40,808 nt of DNA from an archaeon (GCA_035291025.1 DATDTB010000045.1:1-40808), one strand, 5' to 3'. Numbered from the stretch's first letter, positions 1 to 9,414 are shown. The notes: a model not told the origin generated them from the letters alone. Translations and numbers: made by a program.

Positions 1-3000
1 ACTCTATTTGCGGCCTGCCGCACTGGGTTATGTTGCCCGAGCTGACAAGCGTTTTCTCAATCAATGGCGTGCACGTGCTTCCAGTGAACGCGCACAGGTA
101 TTGTTCCCAGTCCTTGAAGTCGCACGCCGTGCTCGCCGCCAGCAAGTCAACCTGGCTCCCAGTAGAGCCCTCGCCAACAACCGCGCAGCTCGCCTGCGTT
201 TTCGTGGTAAAGCAAGGAGTCAAACCGAGTTGTTCGACTGGCAGTTCCGCTAACGAGTCAAAGCTGGAGACTGGCTTTGAGAGGAACACTATGGTTTTTT
301 GCTTGAAGTCCCTTAACAGGAACGATGGCTGTAGGACGAGGCTCGCGTTTACTTGTGTTTCTTTTCCTGCTTCGAGGACGAAGAACGACGGGTTGAATGA
401 TAATTGCTCAATGCCGGTTTCAGCGAACGAGCTAATTGAGACGTTTACTTTCTCGGTGCAGTCGTTTCTCACATTGAAGGTTGTTTGAGCGAGCGTGCCG
501 CGGTCGCGGTTCGGGAAGGACACGGGCGAAATGAACGAGTTGGTTATGCAGGCAAAGGAACTGAATTCGGCGTTGAACGCTTTAGAGTTGGTCGCGATGG
601 CTTTCCCTCCCAGCAAAGTGTAGGCGCCGTTGGCCGTGATTTTCACGTCGTTCGCGGCGCCGTCCCCGACTTGCCCGGCTTGCGGCTCGTAGCCAACGTT
701 TAAGTTGACAATTTGGCCAGTGTTGTGCTGCAGGGTTCCAATTACTACGTTCTTTTGCCCGTTAGAAAATATTGAATTGGAGAAAATGGTTCCCGCGTTC
801 CCGAAGCCAGTTGAAATGTTCAAGTTGACGTCCTTCAACTCCCTTTGGCACTTGTTTGTCACTTCAACGTCTTTGTATGCGCCGCTCGTCTCGCTTATTG
901 TTGCCTTTCCTTCCGGCGTTATTGTTATTTCAAGGCAGCCCTCTGGTGTTGGCTGGATTGTGGGCGAGAACAGGCTCACTGGAATCTCTGCAGTTATAAC
1001 CGAGGCCTCTGTCGCGGCAGTGAGCTTTAACTGGAAAGTTACCCTTATTTTGAAGTCTTCAGGGTAGGAGTTTTTCGGGATCCTCAAAGTCCCAGTGATG
1101 GCGCCCGCGGTTTCGTCGCTTGACCCAAACGATGCCTTGGATACTTCCAGTTTTTCGACTCGCACGCCGCCCGTGTCGTTGTTGGCAATGTTTTCAGGCC
1201 TTTCCGCGGTCGAGTCCCACGTCGGCGTTCCAATGATCGAGCCAGTGCTGCCCTCGACCGCCGCTTTCACAATGACTGCGATTGGCCCGGTTAGTCCTCC
1301 AGTGGGCAGTTCGTCAACGTTTATCGGCTCCTGCGGCCCTATTGGGATTACTTTGGCGAGGTTTTCAGCCGTTATGGGTATTTCCTTTTCAACGCTCCCG
1401 TACCCAGGGAACTGCCCTGAAACCTTTATGGGCGAGCCCTCGTTTTGAGGCGTTACCTTGATGGAGTACTGTTGTTTTTGGAAGTCCTCTGTCCAGTTCG
1501 TTTTCTCTATTTTTCCACCGGCAGCGCTCAAAAAACTCGCTTTCAGCGCGAGCCCGGAGTCCGCCAAAGGCAGAGTTGTAATCTTGTCGTTAATGAAGGT
1601 TTGCACCACAATCGTGTTTTCCTTTCCAAGCTGGGCCTCTGCAGGGCTCGTTATGAGGACGTCAAAGTTTCCAGCTGCGCGCGATTCCACGTTGAATTCC
1701 TTGAAGCTGGGCGGAGTGACGTAGCGGCTGGACTTCACGAGGCCAACGCTCCACGCCGCGTTTGCAGCGCTCTTTTCCGCCTTTACCTTGGCAGTAAAGA
1801 CTAGTTTTCCGCCAACCGCGATGTCTCCAGAGGCCTTTGAGAAAGAGTTAAGGCTTTGGCCTGTCTTTTCCTCAACAGTCGTTGTCGCCACTCCAATGTT
1901 TTTCAGCGAATAACTCTTTATAGTGAAAGTCTTTTGCTCCTGGTCTTTAATGACGAGGTTGCTGCCGGAGAGCACGCTCACGGTGCCGTGGTAGAAGTCA
2001 AAGGACGCCCCGCTTACCACGGAGGTGCCAGGGTTGCATACTTGGACTTCAATCGAGGCCTCCTCGCCCAGCAAAAGCGTTGGGAATTCGTCGCTCGAGT
2101 AATCCGTGGCGTTGCTTAGCCTTTTCACTTGCCCGCTGGGGTCAGTTATGGTCGCGTAAAAAGGAGCTTCCGGAGTGCAGCCGACTGGCTGGACGTCCAT
2201 TGTTCCAATGACTATTTTCGGGCTCAATTCCTTGGCTCCAGTCAGGCTTGACGCGTCGCACGCGCTTGACTCCGTGGACGTTTCGCCAAAGCACGACGTT
2301 CCAACTTTCTTCCAAGCCTTCACGCTCAATGGAATCTCTGTTCCCTGCTCTATTCCAGCCTTTACCTTGAACTCCAACCCGAAGTAAACTGACTCGGGGC
2401 CTTTCACGAGCCACTCAACCGCGCCGCGCGCCCCGCCCGTTGGAATGCTTGGAACGAAGTCAGACGTGGAACTGAAGGCTACGAAGTGGGCGTAGTCAGC
2501 GAACTTGTTCGTTGCCCCAAGCGCCGCAAAGCCTAGAGAGCCGCCGTCGCTTCCCTTGCTGATTGCCTGGAACTTCAGGCAATAGTTCTGGCCGGAGGCA
2601 ATGCTTCCGCTAAAGGGTAGCTCGTCGGAGCAGTTCTTGTAAACCCCGCGGTAAACTACTTGGGCGCCGTTTGACTCCCCGCTGACGATTTTGTCAGATT
2701 CCTTTAGCGTAATAGTGTAAAGCCCGCCAGAGGCAATCGTGACCGGTTCTGTTGTCACTTCCCTGTAACCAGAAGCCCTTACCACGAACGACCCGCGTTG
2801 TCCCTCGAACAAGAACACAGTCGTTGTTTTCCCGTCGCCCCCTGTCGTGTTTTCCAACGCGGTCAAAGTCCCAGTGGCGTCCTGGAAAGACAGTTGCGCG
2901 CCGCTAACAACGGAGCCGTTTTCAGCCTTGACTTCAGCCGTGACAATTATGGGCGTGAGCTTTAGCTTCAAGGTCACGCTTTTTTGCTCGCCTTCGCTTG

Positions 3001-4480
3001 AAAACTTTATCACTTCGCTGTTTGCGTCGAACTGCGCGTACGCCGCCTTGACAATGAAGTCCGTCCCGACAGGCAAGCCAACGAACGCGGCCTTGCCGTT
3101 CGCGTCAGTTGAGGCGGCGGGCTTGAATGGCGAGGGAGACACTTGGAGTATCCCCTTGACTGTCTGGACAGTGTGCAGCGCAACAGTCGCGTTGGGCACT
3201 GCGAAGCCTTGGTTGTCCGTGACCGAGACGCTGAGCCTCGTCACCTTTGCCGGGTCCACTGAGTCGAGCTTTTCCAGCTTGTAAGTGTAAGCCTTTCCCG
3301 GGTCAGCGCTGGCGACGCTGAAGTCCTTGTAACCCGACTTTGACAATATGAGCTTGTACTTCTTTTGCACGTCCACCGGCACAGTGACCTTGCCGTCGGC
3401 GGCAGTAGTGTAAGTTGAAACGTTGGAAGCGTCGTCAACCGGGTTCGAGGAAACAGTGACTCCCTGCAATGGCTTGCTTTCGCCTTCAACGACTGTAACT
3501 ACAATGGTGCCGCTGGCCTTTTCCAGTTCCACTTTGAGTTGCTGGACTTCGCCTGCCTTTATTGTCACGGGCGCGCTAAAGGTGTTGCTTGACAAGTAAC
3601 CGTCAGCCTTTACAACGACGTAAACCCTCGTCGCCTCCAAGTTCTCGAGCTTGGCGCTGCCCTCGGAGTCGCCCTTGGTGCTGCTTTTGAGGACGCCGCT
3701 GTTGGCTGAGCGGGCTTCCACGAACGCGTTGGGGACCGGCGCCTTTGTCACCGAGTCAGTTATTGAAACTATCAGCGTCCCCGTTCCAGTGGTCGGCGCT
3801 TGCTGTAAGTAAACCGGCGCAGGGTCGCCTGACTCTGGCACGCTGATTAGCTGGCCGTTCTCGGTTTGGTAAACAGCGCCTTCCTTGAATGGGACCTTGC
3901 AAGAGCCGTCGCACGGGTGCGTTGTCTGCGTACCGTCAACGTGTTTTGCCACTATGACCATTTTTCCAGGCGTGCCGTCCGGGTTTAGTATAGTGAACTT
4001 GAGCATTCTCTCAACTGCCACTAAAACAGCGTCCCTTGAAACAGCCTCGCTTCCCGTAGTAAACGTAAGCGAGAACGCCTCAAAACCCTTTTTTTCAGCC
4101 GCAAGAGTGACTTCAGTGTTGGCTGGAACGCTGAAGGAAGCCTTGCCGTCCTCCAAAGTGGTAAAGGAAAGCTTTTCCCCGCCAAAGGCGGCGCTCACAA
4201 AGGCTTCCGAGACAGGTTTGCCCGCGGCGTCAATGACTGAGACATTCAATGAAATCGCCCCCGGAGCCAAGGGGTTTGCTCCAAGGAACAACGCAGCCGG
4301 GACGGCAATGGCTCCAAGGACCAGCAACAGCATTACCGGCATTGAGGGAATGCCTTGGCTTTCAATGGCGTCCGTGACCGAGTAAACGGGGACTCCGGCC
4401 TTGTCCAAGGAGTCAAGCAAGTCGTAGTACTTGTCCTCAATCGAGAAGTACAAGTCCTTCAAAGGGTTTCCTTCAGCCAT
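1..4480 (-). CDS. Giant membrane-anchored surface protein, 3'-truncated by the window edge (>1,490 aa). Short cytoplasmic N-terminus and one TM helix, followed by tandem carboxypeptidase-regulatory-like/PEGA-type beta-sandwich repeats
   Basis: ATG at 4480-4478. Hand translation begins MAEGNPLKDLYFSIEDKYYDLLDSLDKAGVPVYSVTDAIESQGIPSMPVMLLLVLGAIAVPAALFLG... I translated about 1.5 kb from the start and about 0.7 kb at the left edge in this frame without meeting a stop. Repeats look like GTLIVSITDSVTKAPVPNAFVEARS...GSAKLENLEATRVYVVVKADGY and LSVSVTDNQGFAVPNATVAL...DANGKAAFVGLPVGTDFIVKAAY. It is absent from the ORF track because no stop codon lies in the window. The + strand ORFs listed here are short, low-complexity antisense products. 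Confidence 0.75.
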   Translation of the reverse strand, partial: MAEGNPLKDLYFSIEDKYYDLLDSLDKAGVPVYSVTDAIESQGIPSMPVMLLLVLGAIAVPAALFLGANPLAPGAISLNVSVIDAAGKPVSEAFVSAAFGGEKLSFTTLEDGKASFSVPANTEVTLAAEKKGFEAFSLTFTTGSEAVSRDAVLVAVERMLKFTILNPDGTPGKMVIVAKHVDGTQTTHPCDGSCKVPFKEGAVYQTENGQLISVPESGDPAPVYLQQAPTTGTGTLIVSITDSVTKAPVPNAFVEARSANSGVLKSSTKGDSEGSAKLENLEATRVYVVVKADGYLSSNTFSAPVTIKAGEVQQLKVELEKASGTIVVTVVEGESKPLQGVTVSSNPVDDASNVSTYTTAADGKVTVPVDVQKKYKLILSKSGYKDFSVASADPGKAYTYKLEKLDSVDPAKVTRLSVSVTDNQGFAVPNATVALHTVQTVKGILQVSPSPFKPAASTDANGKAAFVGLPVGTDFIVKAAYAQFDANSEVIKFSSEGEQKSVTLKLKLTPIIVTAEVKAENGSVVSGAQLSFQDATGTLTALENTTGGDGKTTTVFLFEGQRGSFVVRASGYREVTTEPVTIASGGLYTITLKESDKIVSGESNGAQVVYRGVYKNCSDELPFSGSIASGQNYCLKFQAISKGSDGGSLGFAALGATNKFADYAHFVAFSSTSDFVPSIPTGGARGAVEWLVKGPESVYFGLEFKVKAGIEQGTEIPLSVKAWKKVGTSCFGETSTESSACDASSLTGAKELSPKIVIGTMDVQPVGCTPEAPFYATITDPSGQVKRLSNATDYSSDEFPTLLLGEEASIEVQVCNPGTSVVSGASFDFYHGTVSVLSGSNLVIKDQEQKTFTIKSYSLKNIGVATTTVEEKTGQSLNSFSKASGDIAVGGKLVFTAKVKAEKSAANAAWSVGLVKSSRYVTPPSFKEFNVESRAAGNFDVLITSPAEAQLGKENTIVVQTFINDKITTLPLADSGLALKASFLSAAGGKIEKTNWTEDFQKQQYSIKVTPQNEGSPIKVSGQFPGYGSVEKEIPITAENLAKVIPIGPQEPINVDELPTGGLTGPIAVIVKAAVEGSTGSIIGTPTWDSTAERPENIANNDTGGVRVEKLEVSKASFGSSDETAGAITGTLRIPKNSYPEDFKIRVTFQLKLTAATEASVITAEIPVSLFSPTIQPTPEGCLEITITPEGKATISETSGAYKDVEVTNKCQRELKDVNLNISTGFGNAGTIFSNSIFSNGQKNVVIGTLQHNTGQIVNLNVGYEPQAGQVGDGAANDVKITANGAYTLLGGKAIATNSKAFNAEFSSFACITNSFISPVSFPNRDRGTLAQTTFNVRNDCTEKVNVSISSFAETGIEQLSFNPSFFVLEAGKETQVNASLVLQPSFLLRDFKQKTIVFLSKPVSSFDSLAELPVEQLGLTPCFTTKTQASCAVVGEGSTGSQVDLLAASTACDFKDWEQYLCAFTGSTCTPLIEKTLVSSGNITQCGRPQIE

Positions 4481-4593
4481 TCAAGAAAAACTCCAACAGC
4501 AAAGCGTTGAAAATTGTTACTTGCGCCCAGTTAATACATATCCCCCTTGTTTCAATTAATCTGTCGCCAATGTGTTTTAAAGGTATTCCTCTT

Positions 4594-7014
4594 TCACGGC
4601 AGCCCATTCGGGGTGCAAAGGTTGGTTCCTCCGGAGCCGATTGACGGTGGAGTGAAGCAGTTAGTCAGCGCTTGGCTTGAAAGCGGGCAGCACGCAGTCC
4701 TGTCATTGCACGCGGCGCCGCACTGCCCGCTCCCAGAGTTGACGCAGTCCGAGTTGGCGTGCGTTACAGTTACTGGGGGGATTCCATGATTGTGGTTTCC
4801 ACCAGTGCTTTGCGTCTGGCACCCAGTATTGCCAAAACCCGTCCTTTCCCAAGTGTTTTCCACGCATAAGGCTTCAGGGTTAGTGTTTGGCTGTCCGGGC
4901 GTGTTTGTCGCGGGAACCGCGCAGTCCGCCAAGTACGCCGCGTCATTTTCAGGCGTTGCGGTACACGGCCCGCCTGACAAGGTGCTGTAGCCGCTGGGGT
5001 TTATTCCTGTCTGAAGCGAGCACTTAGTGCACCGCGCCCGCTTGGCGTTGACTTCCGCGTCGTTTACTACTTGAGTAATCTTGGCTGAGTCTTCCTCCAG
5101 TGAAAGCCCAAAGCAGTAACGCGCCGGTTCGCCGTTTGACTTCCTTCCAACCGGGTCTTCGAGTTTCAAGTAAACCGGCTCCAGCTTCAAGGGCCGCGAG
5201 CACTTCAGGAACGCGCTCCCAGTGCCGCTCGAGTCAGGCATGTCCGAACACGTTCCAGTTGGCACGCTCGTCCCGGAAATCGCGCAGTTGTTCTGGGAAA
5301 AGGGGTTGGTGCAAGTATAATGGTTGGGGTGCCCTGTTTTGAGGCAAGTTGTCTGGAACTGCATTGAACAGCTCGCCTCGCACTCCCTTTTTGCCTTCCA
5401 TTCGGCGACGTCGTCGTTGTCTTCGCTGGAAATGCTTGAAAAGTTGACCTTGCCAAAGGGTGCGCCTGAAAACGACACGCTCTTGAGGCTGTTGTTCAAC
5501 GCCGTCACGCCGCCAGCGAACTGGGACTTTGAAACGCTTTCGCACAGCGTGTTCTGCTGCTCGCATTCAGCTGGCGTGAGGTTGCATGAAGGCGCGTCGA
5601 AGCCGTTCGAGGCCGCAGTCAGTAGTTCTGCTTCGGCAATGCCGCAAACGGTCGCGAGGGACAAGTCGAGAACTGTTTCGCCTGGGTTTTCGCATGAGTA
5701 CTCGTTTCCGGTGACACTTACCTGTGTTGGCGTGTTGGTGCTGTAGGAAATGAAGTCAATCGAATTTCCAACGCCGCTCAGCGTGACTGTTCGGTCGTCG
5801 TTGCAGCCCTTGCTTCCGGGCTTGTTTTCGCAGCTTGTCGGAGCACCTGCGGCTGGCATTTTCAAGGAAGTCTTGCACCCGCACCCGGTTCCGCACAGCC
5901 CTAGCATCACGCCGTTGTTGTAAGGGGTAATCTTTCCATCCAACTGGATTTGCGTGTTGCCCGGGCCTCCCGAGACGGCGAAGTCGTGGTTTCCAAACAA
6001 TGCGTTCGCGTTCTTGGCAATTGACTTGTAAAAGTTTCTAGCGTTCCACCACGCGCCGTAAACCCGGAGTGGGATGTGTATCTTGATTGGCTTTGAGGGA
6101 ATGGCGCTGAAGGTGAGCTTTGTCTCAACGTACGGGCTTGGAGTTGCGGTGTTGAAGCGCGACAATGAAATTGAAGGGCCTTCCACGCGTTCTTTTTCCT
6201 TTACTCTCTCGAAGTGAAGAGCGATTATGAAATCCCCGCCAGGGCAGCCCGTCTCGTCGCAGTCCACTGGGTCGAAGGCGTCCTCGGCAAAGGTGAAAGT
6301 TGCGGTGCTGAACGGGCTCGGCGACGCCGGGCCGAGGACTGCCATGGCTACTTGGTTCCATTGAAATGCTGCGGGCGCGTCCTTGTATTCAAGGAAGTAC
6401 GTCGAGAGCTGCAGTCCAGCGAGGGCGTTTTTCGCGTCTTCAACGGAGTTTTGAACGCTTTCCTGAACGAAGTTAACCATTGTCACGGGCGAGCCAAACA
6501 GCTTTTTCTCGAATATTTTCTTGTCATTCAACCAAATGTTTTGCGCGCTAAGCGCGCCAGTCAAGCCCGGGCACGGGCTGCTGGAAGTTGGCGTGCACAA
6601 TACCATCCTGTCAGTTGAATCGCTTGCCTGCAAAGTGAACAAGCCCGGCGTTGGAAAAGAGTTCCCTGCACCTGGAAGGCCAGTGCTGCACTCGAGCCTG
6701 TCCTCGACCCAGCCAACCTCGTTTTCGAAGTACTCGTTTACTTTCGTTCGCGTCTTGACCATGACGTTTTGGGTGATTTCAAGTTGAACGGATTCAATCA
6801 AGTCCTTTTGCACGGCGCGGCTCTCCGTGAGGATGTTTGAAAGGGCTTGCTGGTTTTGCGCTTCTATAAGGCTGAGGTAGACAAGCATGGTTATCACTGA
6901 GAGGAGGCTGCCGACGGCAACGCCGAACATGAAACCCTTGCCCTTCAGCTTTTCAGGGAGCGCTTCCGAGAACGCCTCCATTCCCTCAAGGGCCTTGAAC
7001 AGTGCGCGGACCAC
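4594..7014 (-). CDS. Large (806 aa) cysteine-rich secreted or anchored protein with a class III (type IV pilin-like) N-terminus; paralog of the upstream gene
   Basis: Long ORF with a GTG start 6 nt after the upstream stop. The N-terminus ...KLKGKG/FMFGVAVGSLLSVITMLVYLSLIEAQ is a basic leader ending in G followed by a hydrophobic helix. I count 36 Cys, all after about residue 100 and most in the C-terminal half. An alternative ATG start lies at 6981. Confidence 0.8.
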   Translation of the reverse strand: MVRALFKALEGMEAFSEALPEKLKGKGFMFGVAVGSLLSVITMLVYLSLIEAQNQQALSNILTESRAVQKDLIESVQLEITQNVMVKTRTKVNEYFENEVGWVEDRLECSTGLPGAGNSFPTPGLFTLQASDSTDRMVLCTPTSSSPCPGLTGALSAQNIWLNDKKIFEKKLFGSPVTMVNFVQESVQNSVEDAKNALAGLQLSTYFLEYKDAPAAFQWNQVAMAVLGPASPSPFSTATFTFAEDAFDPVDCDETGCPGGDFIIALHFERVKEKERVEGPSISLSRFNTATPSPYVETKLTFSAIPSKPIKIHIPLRVYGAWWNARNFYKSIAKNANALFGNHDFAVSGGPGNTQIQLDGKITPYNNGVMLGLCGTGCGCKTSLKMPAAGAPTSCENKPGSKGCNDDRTVTLSGVGNSIDFISYSTNTPTQVSVTGNEYSCENPGETVLDLSLATVCGIAEAELLTAASNGFDAPSCNLTPAECEQQNTLCESVSKSQFAGGVTALNNSLKSVSFSGAPFGKVNFSSISSEDNDDVAEWKAKRECEASCSMQFQTTCLKTGHPNHYTCTNPFSQNNCAISGTSVPTGTCSDMPDSSGTGSAFLKCSRPLKLEPVYLKLEDPVGRKSNGEPARYCFGLSLEEDSAKITQVVNDAEVNAKRARCTKCSLQTGINPSGYSTLSGGPCTATPENDAAYLADCAVPATNTPGQPNTNPEALCVENTWERTGFGNTGCQTQSTGGNHNHGIPPVTVTHANSDCVNSGSGQCGAACNDRTACCPLSSQALTNCFTPPSIGSGGTNLCTPNGLP

Positions 7015-7020
7015 GGGTTT

Positions 7021-9381
7021 TCAGCACCCCCCGCTTTCCCCGCAGGACTCTATTATGACGTCCCTGCCGTTCCTGCCGCCGTACAAGCCAGTCGAGGACC
7101 AGCTCACGGTTCTTGAAGCGCACTCCCGCTTGTAGTCTTCGAGTGCTTCTTTTATTTTTTCCTGTGCGGCCTTTTCCTCGTCGCCGTAGCCGTTCCTGGA
7201 GTCGTCTTTGATGCATTCGCTCCAGTCATTTCGCTTTTCCTCGCACAAGTACTTTGGTTCCTCGCCTTGCTTTACCTGCACTTTCGAGCCCGCCTTGCAG
7301 GCTTCCTTGCAGTCTTCCACGTTTGACACGACTGAAGAGTCGGCGTCCTCGCATTCCTTTTTTCCGTCGCCGTCAGCGCAGCACTCCTTCATGGAGTCCA
7401 GTTCTGTTTCGCAGGGCACGAAGTCGTTCAAGGTCTTTTGAGCCTCCGCGAGTACTGGGTCTGCTTGAATCCTTGAACTGAATGCGACGGGGTTGACGTC
7501 TTTCACGCACGGGTCAACGCCTTGCGGGGCGCATAGCTCGTCAACGCCCCACTCCGGTGGGTAGTATTCTAGTCCCAGCGCATTGCTGACGGAGCTGTGC
7601 GAGCACACGAAGTTGCCTGGGCTGGCGTTGCATTGCTCTCCGGAGCAGTCGCCAGTGAGCGCCAGCTGTTTTTCCAAGTTGTTTATCTTGGCGAGCTCTA
7701 CTTTTTGCACGTTTGCCTGCGCGCCGCCTGGAATGAATGTCACGTCAAAGTAGTAATCCGTTTCCTCCGAGCTAAAAGCGTGGTTGGGGTCTTCGTCCTT
7801 GAATGCGGCGCACATTTCGAACACGCCAGAGGGCCTTGAACAGTAAGTGTTTTCCGGCAATGGAATCCCGAAATGGGGGTCTTGGTCGGGCTTGCATTCC
7901 AGCCCGTAAACACCCCCGATCGCGGCGCCGCCTAGAATCGCGCGCGTCACGCTTGTCGGCAACCCAATCGCCGTAATCAAGTCCATTGCCTTGCATTTCT
8001 GCAGGCACACTTTCTTGGTGGCGAACTTTTGCTTGTCGGGGTACTCGAAGTTGACGACGCGCGCCGCCTCAAAGCCTCCAAGCGCGCCGGGTGCAACGCT
8101 TACCTTGAACGCCAAGCCTTCGGCGTTGCGCGCGTTTTCGCTCACTGTCCAAGCGCCGCCCTCGAATGGGTACGAGGCTTCTTCGAGCTGCGCGAGGGCC
8201 TTGCACCCGGCGGCCCACGAACCGGAACCGCTTTTTATTTCGCTTCCCTTCAACGGCGTCATTTTCCCGTCTTCCTTTAGCGTGGCAGAGGCGATGGCGC
8301 ACATGCTTTCGGCCACGACAAAGCCCAGCCCTACTTCTGGTGTGGAGCAGTTGTACTTCCCTGAAACGCTTAAGGTAGCGCCGGGCCCAAAGGACTGGTT
8401 GAAGGCAAGGCTTCGCTGCGCGCTTACGACGTTGCCGCAGTTTCTTTCCGGCAGCCCTTCACTGGCGACGTCAATGCACTTTCCTGCTGTTTCGTTCCAG
8501 GGGTCGCTCATGCAGGAACACGCGTCCTGCTTGCACGTCCCCACTTGCGGGCCGCTGAACCCGAGCTGTTGGCCCGAGCCGAATAGCTTGGAGCTGTTGG
8601 ACTCAATTGAGTTGAACATTTTCTTAGCGTTCGAGAGCGCCTTGAACAAGCGGAACTGCACGTACACGGGAATGCGCGCGGTTGGAAGCAAGGGTTCTGT
8701 GATGGCCTGCCCCGAGCCCACTTTTTCAATGCGCAGCTGCGGGAGCCTGGAAAGCGTCTCGACTGACAGTTCGTCCAACGCGAGGACAATGAAGAACGAG
8801 CCCTGCGGGCAGTTGTTCGGGGAGGGGCAGCCAATGACTTCGTACGCCTTCTCCCCCTTCCTTCGGAGCTGGTCCCTGACCTCGCTCCAAACCGCAGGGT
8901 CTCCGGGCTGAAAAGAGATGGCGTTGTTGCCCAAGAGCAAGTCCTCCTTCCTCAGGGAAACCTTTTCCTTTAACCTTTCCACTACGTTGTTAATGACAGG
9001 GGAAGCCCCGATTAGTTCCTGTTGGATGAACGCGTCAATGGAATCCTTCCACGGTTGGCTCTGGGAAGTGAACACTTTGACGTTGTCAACGTTCATTCCA
9101 GTCCCGCACCCCAGCGAGTCGAGGTAAAAAGAATACGCTTCGCGCGTGGCGAAAATCACGGTTTGCAGGGCGTCGGCCCGCACTCCCGCGATAACGTCAC
9201 CGAGTAGTTCCTGGCCGAAGGTGACGGAGAGCTGCGACAAGCGCGACTTTTCCATTTCCTGCACGTTGATGACGACCAAGATGCTTATGACTAGGAACAT
9301 TATGCCCACGAGCATGGAAAACAAGGCCATGCCGCGGTCGTTCAAGAAAAAAGAACGTCCAATCTTTAAGCGCCTGCTCAT
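7021..9381 (-). CDS. Large (786 aa) cysteine-rich secreted or anchored protein with a class III (type IV pilin-like) N-terminus
   Basis: ATG at 9381. The N-terminus reads MSRRLKIGRSFFLNDRG/MALFSMLVGIMFLVISILVVINV. I count 32 Cys. It shares blocks with the 806-aa protein: GCPSPNNCPQGSFFIVLAL vs CDETGCPGGDFIIALHF, and IPVYVQFRLFKALSNAKKMFNSIESNSSKLFG vs IPLRVYGAWWNARNFYKSIAKNANALFG. Confidence 0.8.
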   Translation of the reverse strand: MSRRLKIGRSFFLNDRGMALFSMLVGIMFLVISILVVINVQEMEKSRLSQLSVTFGQELLGDVIAGVRADALQTVIFATREAYSFYLDSLGCGTGMNVDNVKVFTSQSQPWKDSIDAFIQQELIGASPVINNVVERLKEKVSLRKEDLLLGNNAISFQPGDPAVWSEVRDQLRRKGEKAYEVIGCPSPNNCPQGSFFIVLALDELSVETLSRLPQLRIEKVGSGQAITEPLLPTARIPVYVQFRLFKALSNAKKMFNSIESNSSKLFGSGQQLGFSGPQVGTCKQDACSCMSDPWNETAGKCIDVASEGLPERNCGNVVSAQRSLAFNQSFGPGATLSVSGKYNCSTPEVGLGFVVAESMCAIASATLKEDGKMTPLKGSEIKSGSGSWAAGCKALAQLEEASYPFEGGAWTVSENARNAEGLAFKVSVAPGALGGFEAARVVNFEYPDKQKFATKKVCLQKCKAMDLITAIGLPTSVTRAILGGAAIGGVYGLECKPDQDPHFGIPLPENTYCSRPSGVFEMCAAFKDEDPNHAFSSEETDYYFDVTFIPGGAQANVQKVELAKINNLEKQLALTGDCSGEQCNASPGNFVCSHSSVSNALGLEYYPPEWGVDELCAPQGVDPCVKDVNPVAFSSRIQADPVLAEAQKTLNDFVPCETELDSMKECCADGDGKKECEDADSSVVSNVEDCKEACKAGSKVQVKQGEEPKYLCEEKRNDWSECIKDDSRNGYGDEEKAAQEKIKEALEDYKRECASRTVSWSSTGLYGGRNGRDVIIESCGESGGC

Positions 9382-9404
9382 GCGCTTAAAGGAACACGCC
9401 TTGC

Positions 9405-9414
9405 CTTTTTAATC
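9405..9414 (-). promoter_or_regulatory. TATA-like box (GATTAAAAAG on the minus strand) 24 nt upstream of the 786-aa gene's ATG; candidate promoter of a leaderless transcript
   Basis: A/T-rich box at the position expected for an archaeal TATA element if transcription starts at or near the ATG. The same spacing recurs upstream of several other genes in this window. Confidence 0.4.

Noticed and set aside
8-4385. About 20 short + strand ORFs listed in the track across the first 4.5 kb
   Set aside because: Their translations are low-complexity (Ser/Pro/Ala/Val/Thr-rich) with no motifs. All lie antisense to a continuous, sensible minus-strand reading frame starting at 4480.
7991-8911. 306-aa + strand ORF inside the 786-aa gene
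   Set aside because: It is fully embedded antisense in a longer ORF. Its composition (S/P/A/L-rich) is typical of antisense frames in GC-rich coding DNA, and it has no start context.
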